The position numbers and the translations under genes are program-made. Shown piece after piece: positions 50,178-62,887 of a stretch of DNA of 64,000 nucleotides. The stretch is taken from positions 7,504,001-7,568,000 of the forward strand of contig CM075995.1 in the NCBI GenBank assembly GCA_038087875.1, read 5' to 3'. Under the pieces are notes generated by a model. It ran no database searches, was not told where the DNA came from, and was given only the letters and a program-made list of their open reading frames with translations. Every line of letters begins with the position of its first letter. Position 1 is the stretch's first letter. This stretch comes from Malacoraja senta. Lineage: Eukaryota.

Positions 50178-50404
50178 AGGGCCTGTCCCACTTGGCGATT
50201 TTTTTCAGCAACATCAGAATCGCCAAAAGATTTTGAACATTTTAAAATCCAGGCGGCGACAAAAAAAATGTTGCGACACTTGAAAAAACACCGCGCGTCA
50301 ATACGTCATCACGCCGCGTCACGCCGCGTATTTTTCGGTGACCTGACATGTCAGTAAATGATGCCAGCAGTCACCGAAAAAAATCGCCATGTGGGACAGG
50401 CCCT
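50178..50404. mobile_element. PIF/Harbinger-type MITE
   Basis: TIR AGGGCCTGTCCCAC, perfect TTA TSD. Confidence 0.8.
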
Positions 50405-52455
50405 TTACACACCAGGGACAATTTTACAGTTTTACAATTAACCTACAAACCTGCATGTTTTTGGCAAGTGGGAGGAAACCGGAGCACCCGGGAAATACCC
50501 ACGCAGTCACGGGGAGAACGTACAAACTCCACACAGACAGCACCCGTAGTCGGGATCGAACCTGGGTCTCTGGCGCTGTGAGGCGGTAACTCTACCGCTG
50601 CGCCACCCCGCCGACCCAACTTGGACATGTTCGTGTGTGGCTGTATAGTGAGGTCAGGACTAAGCACGTATGTGATGCGTGTGTGGCTGAACGCCCTGCT
50701 AAAAGTTCACTGTCAATGTATACGTGGATAAAATGGTCATTTGTACAAAGAAGCAACCTCCAGCTGACTAATGTCATGGTGAAGACCCTAACGTATTTCT
50801 TGCTCACTGCATATTAATAGAAAAATATAGAAAAATAGGTGCAGGAGAAGGCCATTCGGCCCTTCGAGACAGCACCATGGAAATTAATATTAATTTCATC
50901 CCATTAAAGCAAAGAATAATACATACAATATGTACTTTTAAAGCGGAGATCTTATGAGATGCTGCCTGTTACGCTGTGTTCCCCCAGCACTTTGTTTCAT
51001 TGCTCTCGTTTCGCTGATGTTGGTTGAATGAAGAAGATCATACAGAAGTCTCCCTTATCCCCAACCAGACTGAAGAAGGGTCTCGAGCCGAAACGTCACC
51101 CATTCCCTCTCTCCAGAAATGCTGCCTGTCCCGCTGAGTTACTCCAGCGTTTTGTGTCTATCTCAGTAGATTATACTGAAGGTACACAAGAATGCTGGAG
51201 AAACTCAGCGGGTGCAGCAGCATCTATGGAGCGATGGAAATAGGCAACGTTTCGGGCCGAAACCCTTCTTCAGACTGAATACTGGGAAAATATTCAACAT
51301 TACCAATGGGTGCTTTTTTGTCCACTTAAACTGGAGGTTCAGTTTAATATCTGTCTAACAGGGCGGCACGGTGGCGCAGCGGTAGAGTTGCTGCCTCACA
51401 GCGCCAGAGACCCGGCTTCGATCCTGACTACGGGTGCTGTCTGTACGGAGTTTGTACGTTCTCCCTGTGAGGTCTTCTCCGGGTGCTCCGGTTTCCTCCC
51501 ACACACCAAAGACGTACAGGTTTGCAGATTAATTGGCTTTGGTGTGTAGAATAGTCCTAGTGCACAAGGATCACTGGTCAATTCAGACTTGATGGGCCGA
51601 AGGGCCTGTTTCTGCGCTGTATCTCTAAACTAAACTAAATCCCGGGTGTCAATAGTTTTGGAGAGAAAATTCATAAATTGTCATAAAATAGTCTATTTCT
51701 AATTGGTTTTCATTTCTTTTTCCTCTTCTTTTTCTTCTCCAATACCGTTGGTTAATGAATGACTTGTTTTTCCAGTCCACACAAATGATTTCTGACACCA
51801 GTGTAAAAATATCCCCAAATATGACCATAAGACAAAGGAGGAGAATTAGGCCATTCGGCCCATCGAGCCTGCTCCGCCATTCGATCATGGCTGATCTATC
51901 TTTCCATCTCAACCCCATTATCCTGCCTTCTCCCATTGATGCCCCTACTAATCAAGACCCTATCTATCTCTGCTCTAAAAATACCCAATGACTTGGCCTT
52001 CACAACCGTGCTGTTGTGAGTTGTGAGTCTGTGGAATTCTCTGCCTCAGAGGGCGGTGGAGGCCGGTTCGCTGGATACTTTCAAGAGAGAGCTAGATAGG
52101 GCTCTTAAAGATAGCGGAGTCAGGGGATATGGGGAGAAGGCAGGAACGGGTTACTGATTGTGGATGATCAGCCATGATCACATTGAATGGCGGTGCTAGC
52201 TCGAAGGCCGAATGGCCTAATCCTGCACGTATTGTCTATTATCTGTGGCAATGAATTCCACAGATTCACCACCCTCTGGCTGAAGAAATTCCTCCTCATC
52301 TCCATTCTAAAGGTAGGTCCTATTATTCTGAGGCTATGCCCTCTGGTCCTAGAATCTTCCATTACTGGAAATATCCTCTGTACATCCACTCTATCCAGGC
52401 CTTTCATTATTCCGTAGGTTTCAATGAGATCCCCCCCTCATCTTTCTAAACTATA

Positions 52456-52791
52456 ATAATAATAATAATGGATGGGATTTATATAGCGCCTTTCTAATAC
52501 TCAAGGCGCTTTACATTGCATTATTCATTCACTCCTCAGTCACACTCGGTGGTGGTGAGCTACTTCTGTAGCCACAGCTGCCCTGGGGCAGACTGACGGA
52601 AGCATGGCTGCTAATCTGCGCCTACGGCCCCTCCGCCCACCACCAATCATTCACACACATTCACACGCAGGCAAAGGTGGGTGAAGTGTCTTGCCCAAGG
52701 ACACAACGACAGTATGCACTCCAAGCGGGATTCGAACCGGCTACCTTCCGGTTGCCAGCCGAACACTTAGCCCATTGCGCCATCTGTAGCC
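52456..52791 (-). mobile_element. tRNA-derived CORE-type SINE with L2 tail (AFC-like)
   Basis: A-box TGGCGCAATGG, B-box GGTTCGAATCC, CORE GTGTCCTTGGGCAAGACACTTCACCC and L2 tail TGTAAAGCGCCTTGAG...GCGCTATATAAAT with (ATT)n. TSD AAACTATA at 52448-52455 and 52792-52799. Confidence 0.85.
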
Positions 52792-53145
52792 AAACTATAG
52801 CAATAACATTTTGGGTCGGGACCCTTCTTCACACTGATCATCTGTCTGAAGAAGAGTCCTGACCCGAAATATTGTCTGCCCACCTTTTGCACAGATGCTA
52901 CCTGACCCATTGAGTTCCTCCAGCACTTTGAGTTCTTTCTCAAGGTTCCAGCATCTGCAGCTTCTTGCGTCTCCTTCAGTGATACCAGTTCATTCATATT
53001 TTGAGGTTTATGACTACGTAACTTGACTCTGTTGGCTGAATTGGCATAAAGATCGGAATTACAATGCTGCTCATTGATTGTCACTCAGTTTTAAATATCC
53101 TACGTTTGATATGAGATCCCTGAATAAATGCACCTAATTATCTAA

Positions 53146-53478
53146 TGGGCCTGTCCCACTTGGCGATTTTTTTAGTCAGGCAACTGCCGGCGACTGTCAT
53201 AGTCGTAGCAGGTCGCTGAAAAAACGGCGACAACCTACGTCATCCTGGCGAGAACCTACGACAGCACCTACGTCAGGACAAGTCAAGCTACGCTCATTGG
53301 CGTCAAACCCACTGTCGTCGAAAAAATGTCAACGTGTTGAAAATTTAGCGGTGACCAGAAAGACGCTACGACTTTGTGTGCGACTGAGGAGACTACGCCC
53401 GGCGACCACTGGCAAACATGTGGCGACAAACTAGTCACCTGTAGTTGCCTAAAAAATCGCCTAAGTGGGACAGGCCCA
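53146..53478. mobile_element. PIF/Harbinger-type MITE (longer variant)
   Basis: TIR TGGGCCTGTCCCACTT, perfect TAA TSD. Confidence 0.8.
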
Positions 53479-56066
53479 TAAGTCAGCTTCTCCAAAGAGA
53501 TTTCGTTTAGTTTAAAGATATAGCGTGGAAACAGGACCTTCGGCCCACCGAGTCCGCGCCGATCAGCGAACCCCGCACAATTAACACTACCCTACACGCA
53601 CGCTAGGGACAACTTTACATTTACACCAAGCCAATTAACCTACAAACCTGTACGTCTTTGGATTGGGAGAGGAAACCGAAGGTCTCGGAGAAAACCCACG
53701 CGGTCACGGGGAGAACATATAAACTCCGTACAGACAGCACCCGTGGTCGGGATCGAACCTAGGTCTCCGCCGCTGTGAGTGCTGTAAGGCAGCAACTCTT
53801 TCATTGCACTTTGATGCTGTCTGTACGGAGTTTGAACGTTCTCCCTGTGACACTTGGGTTTTCTCCGGGAGCTCCGGTTTCCTCCCACATCCCAAAGACG
53901 TACTGGTTTGTAGGTTAATTGACTTCTGTAACTTGCCCTAATAGGATAGAGCGAATGTATGGGTGATCATTGGTTGGCGTGGACTTGGCGGGCCGCAGGG
54001 CCTGATTCCAAGCTGTATCTCTAAACTAAACTAAATATCCTCCATAAACCAATCATCGGAGCTGAATTCAGTGCAATACATAGGTAAACCTTGTTCATGG
54101 AACATGGAACGGCCCACAATATCCTTGCCAAACATGATGCCGTTAAAGTAATCATATCTGCCTGCATGTGATCCATATCCCTCCATTCCCTGTATATCCA
54201 TATGTCTACCTAAAAGTCTCTTGAACCCCACCATCATATCTGCCTCCACCACCACCCCTGGCAGCGCGTTCTAGGCCCCCACACACTGTGTATAAAAAAA
54301 CTTGTCCTGCGCATCTCCTTTAAACTTTGCCCCTCTCACCTTAAAGCTGTGCCCTCTAGTCTTGGATGGAGAAGTTTACGGGAAAGATCAGACGGCTTGT
54401 ATTCACTGGAATTTAGAAGGATGAGAGGAAATCTTGTAGAAACATGTAAAATTCTTAAGGGATTGGACAGGCTAGGTGCGGGAAACTTGTTCCCGATGTT
54501 GGGGGAGTCCAGAACCAGGGCTCATCTTTTATGAATAAGGGGTAGGCCATTTAGAACGTAGATGAGGAAAAATCTTTTCACCCAGAGAGTTGTGAATCTG
54601 TGGAATTCTCTGCCACAGAAGGTAGTGGAGGCCAATTCACTGCATGTTTTCAAGAGAGAGTTAGATTTAGCTCTTAGGGCTAACGGAATCAAGGGATATG
54701 GGGAAAAAGCAAGAACGGGGTACTGATTGGGGATGATCAGCCATGATCACATTGAATGGCGGTGCTGGCTCGAAGGGGGGAATGGCCTACTCCTGCACCT
54801 ATTTTCTATTTTTCTAGTCACTGAAAAAATATTTCTTTGTAACAATTGGATCCAAGATATCTGGACAGGAACATGGATAGGAAATGTTTAGAGGGACACG
54901 GACAAATGGGACTAGAGTAGATGAGCCATCTTGGTCAGCAGGGACAAGATGGCCGACGGGTCTATCTATGTCTAAGTCTCTAAACGTTAAAATTGCTCCA
55001 TCTATTGTATTTGCACTTATTTCTAGAAAAAATGCTCAAAGGTTAAACACAATGAAATAATATGATGACAAAGTAGACTTTGAAAATTAACTCCGCAGAG
55101 CCATCAAGTGGCCAGAAAATTGGGGAATTTTAAATTTGGATTGTTGAAACCAATTTAAACATTGGCATAAAGGAGTAATTAAAACATTGTGACAGGAAGC
55201 CAACTGAACAAACGCAATTCATAGAGTCATACAGCACGGAAACAGGCCCTTCGGCCCTACTGTCCATGATGTCCCACCTAAGCTAGTCCCATTTACCCAC
55301 AATTGTGGGGGGTTCATTATGGGGAGTCTGCTACCACAGTTAAATGTCCTGAAAGACAATGGAAGAGTCAGAGATAAACCACAAGCAAAATGATGGAAAT
55401 GTGTAGAGTGAATTCCTGAGGCACTAGCTACATTGTCGGGGACCGTCGGACTATCTTTGATCGAACTTTACTGGACTTTATCTTGCTTCGTGGTTGGCCT
55501 CCTGTTCCGACGTCGGAGTTCCAACATCCCGGCGAGCGGGCTGCCCGTAGCAGCGACTGCGGAGGGCTCCGGAGGCCCCGACCACAGGTGAACATCAGAG
55601 GAAGATGTCCGACTTTGGTGCCTTCCCTCACAGTGGGAAACTTTTGATTCTGCTGTGTGGGGATGTTTTATGTTGAACTCTATCGTGTGTTGTGTTCTTT
55701 ATTTTTATTGTATGGCTGTATGGTGACCACATTTCACTGTGCCAACTGTGGCCCTTGTGGCTAAAGGGATCAGGGGGTATGGAGAGAAGGCAGGTACGGG
55801 ATACTGAGTTGGATGATCAGCCATGATCATATTGAATGGCGGTGCAGGCTCGAAGGGCCGAATGGCCTACTCCTGCACCTATTTTCTATGTATCTATGTA
55901 TCTAAATAAATGTATCTTGTATCTTGTATCAGCTATGATGATCACTTTGAATGGCGGTGCTGGCTCGAAGGACCGAATGGCCTACTCCTGCACCTATTGT
56001 CTATTAGTTTAGTTTAGCTTAGAGATACAGAACGGAAAACAGGCCTTTCGGTCCACCCGACCAGCG

Positions 56067-59000
56067 AGGAGGACAAAGGGGTTAATTAAGAGGGGGAAAA
56101 TAGAGCATGAAAGAAAGCTTGCGGGGAATATAAAAACTGACTGTAAACGTTTCTTTAGGTATGTAAAAAGGAAAAGATTAGTGAAGACAAATGTAGGTCC
56201 CTTACGGTCAGAGACAGGTGAATTTATAATGGGAAACAAGGAATAAAACAGTACAGTTAAACGAGTACTTTGGTTCTGTCTTCACTAAGGAAGACACAAA
56301 CAATCTCCCAGAAATACTAGGGGACCGAGGATCAAGTGGGAGGGAGGAACTGAAGGGAATCCACATTAGTCAGAAAATGGTGTTCGGTAAACTGTTGGGA
56401 CTGAAGGCAGATAAATCCCCAGGGCCTGATGGTCTGCATCCCAGAGTACTCAAGGAGGTGGCCCTAGAAATCGTGGATGCATTGGTGATCATTTTCTAAT
56501 GTTATCTCGACTCTAGATCAGTTCCTGTGGACTGGAGGGTAGCCAATGTAACCCCACTTTTTAGGAATGAAGGGAGAGAGAAAACGGGGAAATATAGACC
56601 AGTTAGCCTTACATCGGTAGTGGGGAAGATGCTGGAGTTGATTATTAAAGATATTATAGCAGCGCATTTGGAAAGCAGTGACGGGATCGGTCAAAGTCAG
56701 CATGGATTTGTGAAGGGGAAATCATGCTGGACTAATCTTCTGGAATTTTTTGAGGATGTAGCAAGTAGAATGGATAAGGGGGAGCCAGCGGATGTGGTGT
56801 ATCTGGACTTTTAAAAAGCCTTTGACAAGGTCCCACACAAGAGATTAGTGTGCAGAATTAGAGCACATGGTATTAGGGGTAGGGTATTGACATGGATAGA
56901 GAACTGGTTGGCAGACAGGAAGCAAAGAGTAGGAATTAACAGGTCCTTTTCAGAATGGCTAGTGGGGTGCCACAAGGCTCGGTGCTGGGACCCCAGTTGT
57001 TTACAATATATATTAATGATTTAGACGAGGGAATTAAATGTAACATCTCTAAGTTTGCGGATGACACAAAACTGGGTGGCAGTGTGAGCTGTGAGGAGGA
57101 TGCTATGAGGATGCAAGGTGACTTGGATAGGTTGGGTGAGTGGGCAGAAGCATGGCAGATGCAGTATAATGTGGATAAATGTGAGGTTATCCACTTTGGT
57201 GGCAAGAACAGGAAGGCAGATTATTATCTGAATGGGGTTAGATTAGGAAAAGGGGAGGTGCAATGAGACCTGGGTGTGCTTGTACATTAATCACTGAAAG
57301 TAAGCATGCAGGTACAGCAGTCAGTGAAGAAAGCTAATGGCATGTTGGCCTTGAGAGGATTTGAGTTTAGGAGCAAGGAGGTGCTACTGCAGTTGTACAG
57401 GGCCCTGGTGTGGCCACACCTGGAGTATTGTGTGCAGTTTTGGTCTCCTAATTTGAGGAAGGCCATCATTGCTATTGAGAGAGTGCAGCGTAGGTTCACC
57501 AGGTTAATTCCCGGCATGGCGGGACTGATGTATGATGAAAGAATGGGTCGACTGGACTTGTACAGTATTCGCTGGAATTTGGAAGGATGAGAGGGGATCT
57601 TATAGAAACATATCAAATTCTTAGAGGATTGGACAGGGTAGATGCAGGAAAAATGTTCCCAATGTTGGGGGAGTCCAGAACCAGGGGGTCACAGTTTAAG
57701 AATAATGGGTAGGTGTGGAAGAAAATATTAATATCCTTTCTTACTTCATTTTGATTGGAATTGAACAAGGTAACGAAAGGGTGTTTGGATGTGACAATTG
57801 GCATCTCTCGTTGACCAGGTGCAGAAGAGGTTCGTGGGCATCGGCAAAGTAAGATTAGATGTATTACCTCTTGTCTCGGAATGTGTTGAAGGATGGATGG
57901 CATAATAAACATGAAATAGTAGATGGAGATAAGGAAGCTTGTTTCTCTCAGCTGCGTGTTACTGTAGACCACCCGCGCCCCCTACCGCTGGTAGCGTAGA
58001 TACGTTGCAGTAAATGGGGGGTTTATGATTGGCGTGGAGAGGGGATGGTGGCGCGGCCCGCCTAAAAGGTGAGATAGAATCATGTCAAGATGCCCTTGTA
58101 TTGTGTTTGCCAAAAAACAAAAGTTGTTTACTGCACAGTATAACTGTCGGCTAATTTTGCTGTGAAGTCAGAGAACTGGTGAGCAGTTAACTGCCGCCAT
58201 CTCTCCATGATATCAATAGACAATAGGTGCAGGAGTAGACCATTCAACCCTTCTAGCCAGCACCGCCATTCAATGTGATCGTGGCTGATCATCCCCATCA
58301 GTACCCCGTTCCTGCCTTCTCCCCATATCCCCCTGACTCCGCTATCTTTAAGAGCCCTATCTAGTCTCTCTCTTGAAAGCATCCAGAGAACCTGCCTCCA
58401 CCGCCCTCTGAGGCAGAGAATTCCACAGACTCACCACTCTCTGTGAGAAAAAGTGTTTCCTCGTCTCCGTTCTAAATGGCTTACTCCTTATTCTTAAACT
58501 GTGGCCCCTGGTTCTGGACTCCCCCAACACCGGGAACATGTTTCCTGCCTCTAGCGTGTCCAAACCCTTAACAATCTTACATGTTTCAATGAGATCCCCT
58601 CTCAGCCTTCTAAACTCCAGAGTGTACAAGCCCAGCTGCTCCATTCTCTCAGCATATGACAGTCCCGCCATCCCAGGAATTAACCTTGTAAACCTACGCT
58701 GCACTCCCTCAATAGCAAGAATGTCCTTCCTCAAATTAGGGGAGCAAAACTGCACACAATACTCAGGTGTGGTCTCACTAGGGCTCTGTACAACTGCAGA
58801 AGGACCTCTTTGCTCCTATATTCGATTCCTCTTGTATAAAGGCCAACATGCCATTTGCTTTCTTCACTCCCTGCTGTACCTGCATGCTTACTTTATTGCA
58901 TATCATGCTATAAAGTCTCTTGAAGCAAACCTGCGAAGTCTCCGCTTTTCACTTTCCAGTTATTTCCCTCCAAATGAATTACTTCCACAGTAGGCCATTC

Positions 59001-59253
59001 AGGATTGAGATGAGGAAAAACCTTTTCACCCAGAGAGCTGTGAATCTGTGGAATTCTCTGCCACAGGCAGTGGAGGCCAATTCACTGGATGTTTTCAAGA
59101 GAGAGTTAGATTTAGCTCTGAGGGAATCGAGGGATATGGGGAAAAGGCCAGAACAGGGCACTGATTGTGGATGATCAGCCATGATCGTATTGAATGGCGG
59201 TGCTGGCTGGAAGGGCCGAATGGACTACTCCTGCACCTATTTTCTATGTTTCT
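56067..59253 (+). mobile_element. Long decayed CR1/HER1-like LINE (56067-57713 plus 58990-59253) split by a solo LTR
   Basis: RT motifs GVPQGSVLGP and KFADDTKL with stops and frameshifts. The sequence resumes at GTAGGCCATT after the insertion. Confidence 0.9.
57714..58989. mobile_element. Solo LTR (about 0.6 kb net) containing a nested minus-strand CR1 (about 58213-58895)
   Basis: Termini TGTGGAAG...CTTCCACA (TG..CA, 8-bp inverted repeat). Perfect 5-bp TSD GTAGG at 57709-57713 and 58990-58994. Confidence 0.8.
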
Positions 59254-62200
59254 AATCACCCCACACACCAGCAAAACCCTACACACTAAGGACAATTTAC
59301 AATTTCACCAAAGCTAATTAAGCTACAAACCTGTACGTCTTTGGAGTGTGGGAGGAAACCTAAGCACCCGGTGGAAACCCACGCAGTCACGGGGAGAACG
59401 TACAAACTCCATACAGACAGCAGCTGTAGTCAGGATCGAACCCGGGTCTCGGGCCCTGTGAGGTAGCAACTCCATCGCTACGCACCGTGCTGCCCACGAG
59501 ATGTTATTCCCTTTATCCTGTATCTGTACACTGTGGATGGCTCGATTGTAATCCTGTACAGTCATTCCGCTGACAGGATGGTCAGCAACAAAAAGATTTT
59601 CTTGGGACATGTGACAATAAATGAAACTAAACTAAATGAAATTATCTGGTGATGGAGTGGAATTAAACCAAAGATATGGGTTGAAAACGAACTAACTCCA
59701 CAGAGCCATCAAGTAGGCAGCAAAGGGGAAATTAAATTAAATTTTTATTTTTTAATAAAGGGCATCTAACATCAAATAGGTTCAATTTTTACAGGAATTA
59801 AATTAATTTGAATAAAATTAAATTAATTCATTTTACATTTTTACAGCATTAAATTTGTTTTTAAAAATTTTAATAAAATAAATAAATTGATTTTACCCTT
59901 CAGTCAGAAAAGACAATAATTGTATTAGGGCGGCACGGTGGCACAGCGGTATAGTTGCTGCCTCACAGCTCCGGAGACCTGGGTTCAATCCTGACTGCAG
60001 CTGCTGTCTGCACGGAGTTTGTACGTTGTCCTGTGACCGCGTGGGTTTTCTCCGGGTGCTCCGGTTCCCTCCCACACTCAAAGACGTGCAGGTTGTAGGT
60101 TAAGTCAAGTCAAGTCAGGTTATTCGTCACACACAGATACGAGATGTGCAGTGAAATGGAAAGTGGCAATGCTCGCGGATTGTGCAAAAAAAACCAAACA
60201 AACAAACAAACTACAAACAGAACGGAAAAGAATCACATATTCTTTTACATATTAAATATTGTGGATGGAAGGGAAAAGGGGGGAAAAAACACAGCAATTA
60301 AAAATAAAAAAAACAGTAGAATGGTTCAGTAAAGTTAGTCCCTGGTGAGATAGGAGTTTACAGTCCGAATGGCCTCTGGGAAGAAACTCCTTCTCATCCT
60401 CTGCGTTCTCACAGCATGGCAATGGAGGCGGTTTGCCTGACCGGAGCAGCTGGAACAGTCCGTTGCTGGGGTGGAAGGGGTCCCCCATGATCTTGTTGGC
60501 TCTGGATCTGCACCTTCTGATGTATAGTTCCTGCAGGGGGGGCGAGTGTAGTTCCCATAGTGCGTTCGGCCGAACGCACTACTCTCTGCAGAGCCTTCTT
60601 GTCCTGGGCAGAGCAATTCCCAAACCAGATTGTGATATTTCCGGACAAGATGCTTTCCACAGCCGCTGAGTAGAAGCACTGGAGGATCCTCGGAGACACT
60701 CTGAATTTCCTCAATTGCCTGAGGTGGTAAAGGCGCTGCCTTGCCTTACTCACCAGTGCTGCAGCGTGTGATGTCCATGGCATATCCTCAGAGATGTGGA
60801 CTCCCAGGTATTTAAAGCAGCTCACCCTATCCAGAGTATCCCCCATTTATCCTCAATGGTGTGTACGTCCTCGGATGATGTGCCCTCCTAAAGTCCACGA
60901 TCAGCTCCTTAGTATTTTTGATGTTCAAGAGGAGGCTGGTATAAATGTAAAGTGTCTCTGGTGTGTGTAGGATAGTGTTAGTGTGCGGGGATCGCTGGTC
61001 GGGGGCAGACTCAGTGGGCCGAAGGGCCTGTTTCCGCGCTGTACCTCCAAAGTCTAAACATGGCGACTCTTTGTGTACTGCCTTGGTGTGGTCCGCTGTA
61101 TTGTATTTACTGGGTTGTATGCAAAACATGGCATTCACTGTACACGTGACAATAATGAACCATTGAATACTATTGACGACGGACGGACCCCACGCCGGAC
61201 TCCGTGCCAAACGGAACCGGAGGTTACACCGCGGGAACAAAAGAGGAGAACGATACGATAGAACTTTATTCATCCCATGAGGGAAATTGATCTGCCAACA
61301 GTCATAAAACACAAGATACATGAAACATGAAATTAAAGCGAATTGGGGATGTGCAATGATTGTGTGGGGGGGGGGGGGGGGGAAGGGGAGTCAGTCTACT
61401 CCACGACAGAAGGGGGAAGAGTTGTACAGTTTGATAGCCACAAGGAAGAAGGATCTCCGGTAGCATTCTGTTCAGCATCTTGGTGGAACCAGTCTGTTGC
61501 TGAAGGTGCTCCTCAGGTTGACCAGTGTGTCATGGAGGGAGTGAGCTGTATTGTCCAGGATGCTCTGCAGATCCCTCCAAGACCACCTCCCATGAATCCA
61601 ACTTCGCCCCAGGACGGAGCCAGCCTTCCTGATGAGTTTGTTAATCCTGCTGGCATCCGCGTCCACGAACAAAGGAGGATATGGTGTGGGGGGGGAAACA
61701 TAGGTAAACATGGTGGGGGGAATATAGGAGGACCTGGTGCAGATGCTTTGTCAGCGCCTTTATGTAGCGACTATTTGCATACTTGGGTACGCAAGCAAAG
61801 AATTTCACGGTGACTCGTCACGTGGCAATGAAGCATTCATTCATGGTGCCAAGCGGACTGCAGTGCGTAGCCGGGATGGACAGCGGTGGCGCCCGATCCG
61901 CCTGACGGTTAGCACGAGGTTTGTGCGCAACTTGTCTGATGAAGGGTCTCAACCTGAAACGTCACCCATTCCTTTTCTCCAGAGATGCCGCCTGACCCGC
62001 TGAGTTACTCAGCATTTTGTGTCTATCTTGGTGGTGGTGTGTAAACCAGCATCTGCAGTTCCTTCCCACAAAATGGCAAACTGTACTTACCGAACAGTGA
62101 AAGGCTTGGATAGAGAGGGTATTTCCAGCAGTGGGAGAGTCGAGGACCAGATGGAACTGAATTAAAGGACGTTCTTTGGGAAGGAGATGAGGATGGAATT

Positions 62201-62459
62201 TCTTTAGTCAGAGGGTGGTGAATCTGTGGAATTCATTGCCGCAGACGGCTGTGGAGGCCAAGTCAGTGGATATTTTTTTTAAGGCAAAGATAGATACGTT
62301 CTTCATTAGTGGCGGGTGTCAGCGGTTGTAGGGAGAAGGCAGGAGAATGGGGTTAGGAGGGAGAGATAGATCAGCCATGAGTGAATGGCGGAATAGACTT
62401 GATGGGCCGAATGGCTCAATTCTGCTCTGTGAACTATGACCTTATGAGCTGCGGTTCCC

Positions 62460-62740
62460 TCCTGTCACCTGGGGTCGGGCATCACGTCACTCAGGGTGAC
62501 GTGTCACGGTGGGCGGAGTTAGTCACTGGATGACGTAAGACGGTCCCCGGCTACGTCGCTGCGTCACACCAGAGGACGGGGCGAGACGACGTTGACCGCA
62601 CTCGGCGTCCTGTGACGTCGCATGGAGTCACGTGAGACGTTTGTGGGGGCGGGACAGGCAGTGGCGACGTCGATTTGCGCGTCTACGTCGCCTTAAGGCT
62701 TAACACGTCAGAAGCAAGGGCCGTGACCGCGATAGTGATG
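62460..62740. promoter_or_regulatory. CpG-rich promoter-like segment
   Basis: Dense CpG, GC boxes (GGGCGGAG, GGGGCGGGA), several TGACG/CGTCA CRE half-sites and an E-box GTCACGTGA. Confidence 0.6.
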
Positions 62741-62887
62741 AAGCAGTGGTCACCCATTCCTTCTCTCCAGAGATGCTGCCTGTCCCGCTGAGTTTCCGCA
62801 GCAATTTATGAGTTTACCTTCGGTTTAAACCAGCATCTGCGGCTCCTTCTTACACATAGGTGATGACGATCCGTCTTCGTCGCTGCC

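Noticed and set aside
52720..52791. tRNA genes at A/B-box sequences here and in HE1-like heads
   Set aside because: They continue into SINE bodies and LINE-derived tails and lack a clean cloverleaf with terminator.
57868..58061. Exon-like minus-strand segment (TTTTAG|...GAG|GTAATA)
   Set aside because: Stops occur in all three frames (TAG at 57982-57984 in the best one), and it lies inside the TSD-flanked solo LTR.
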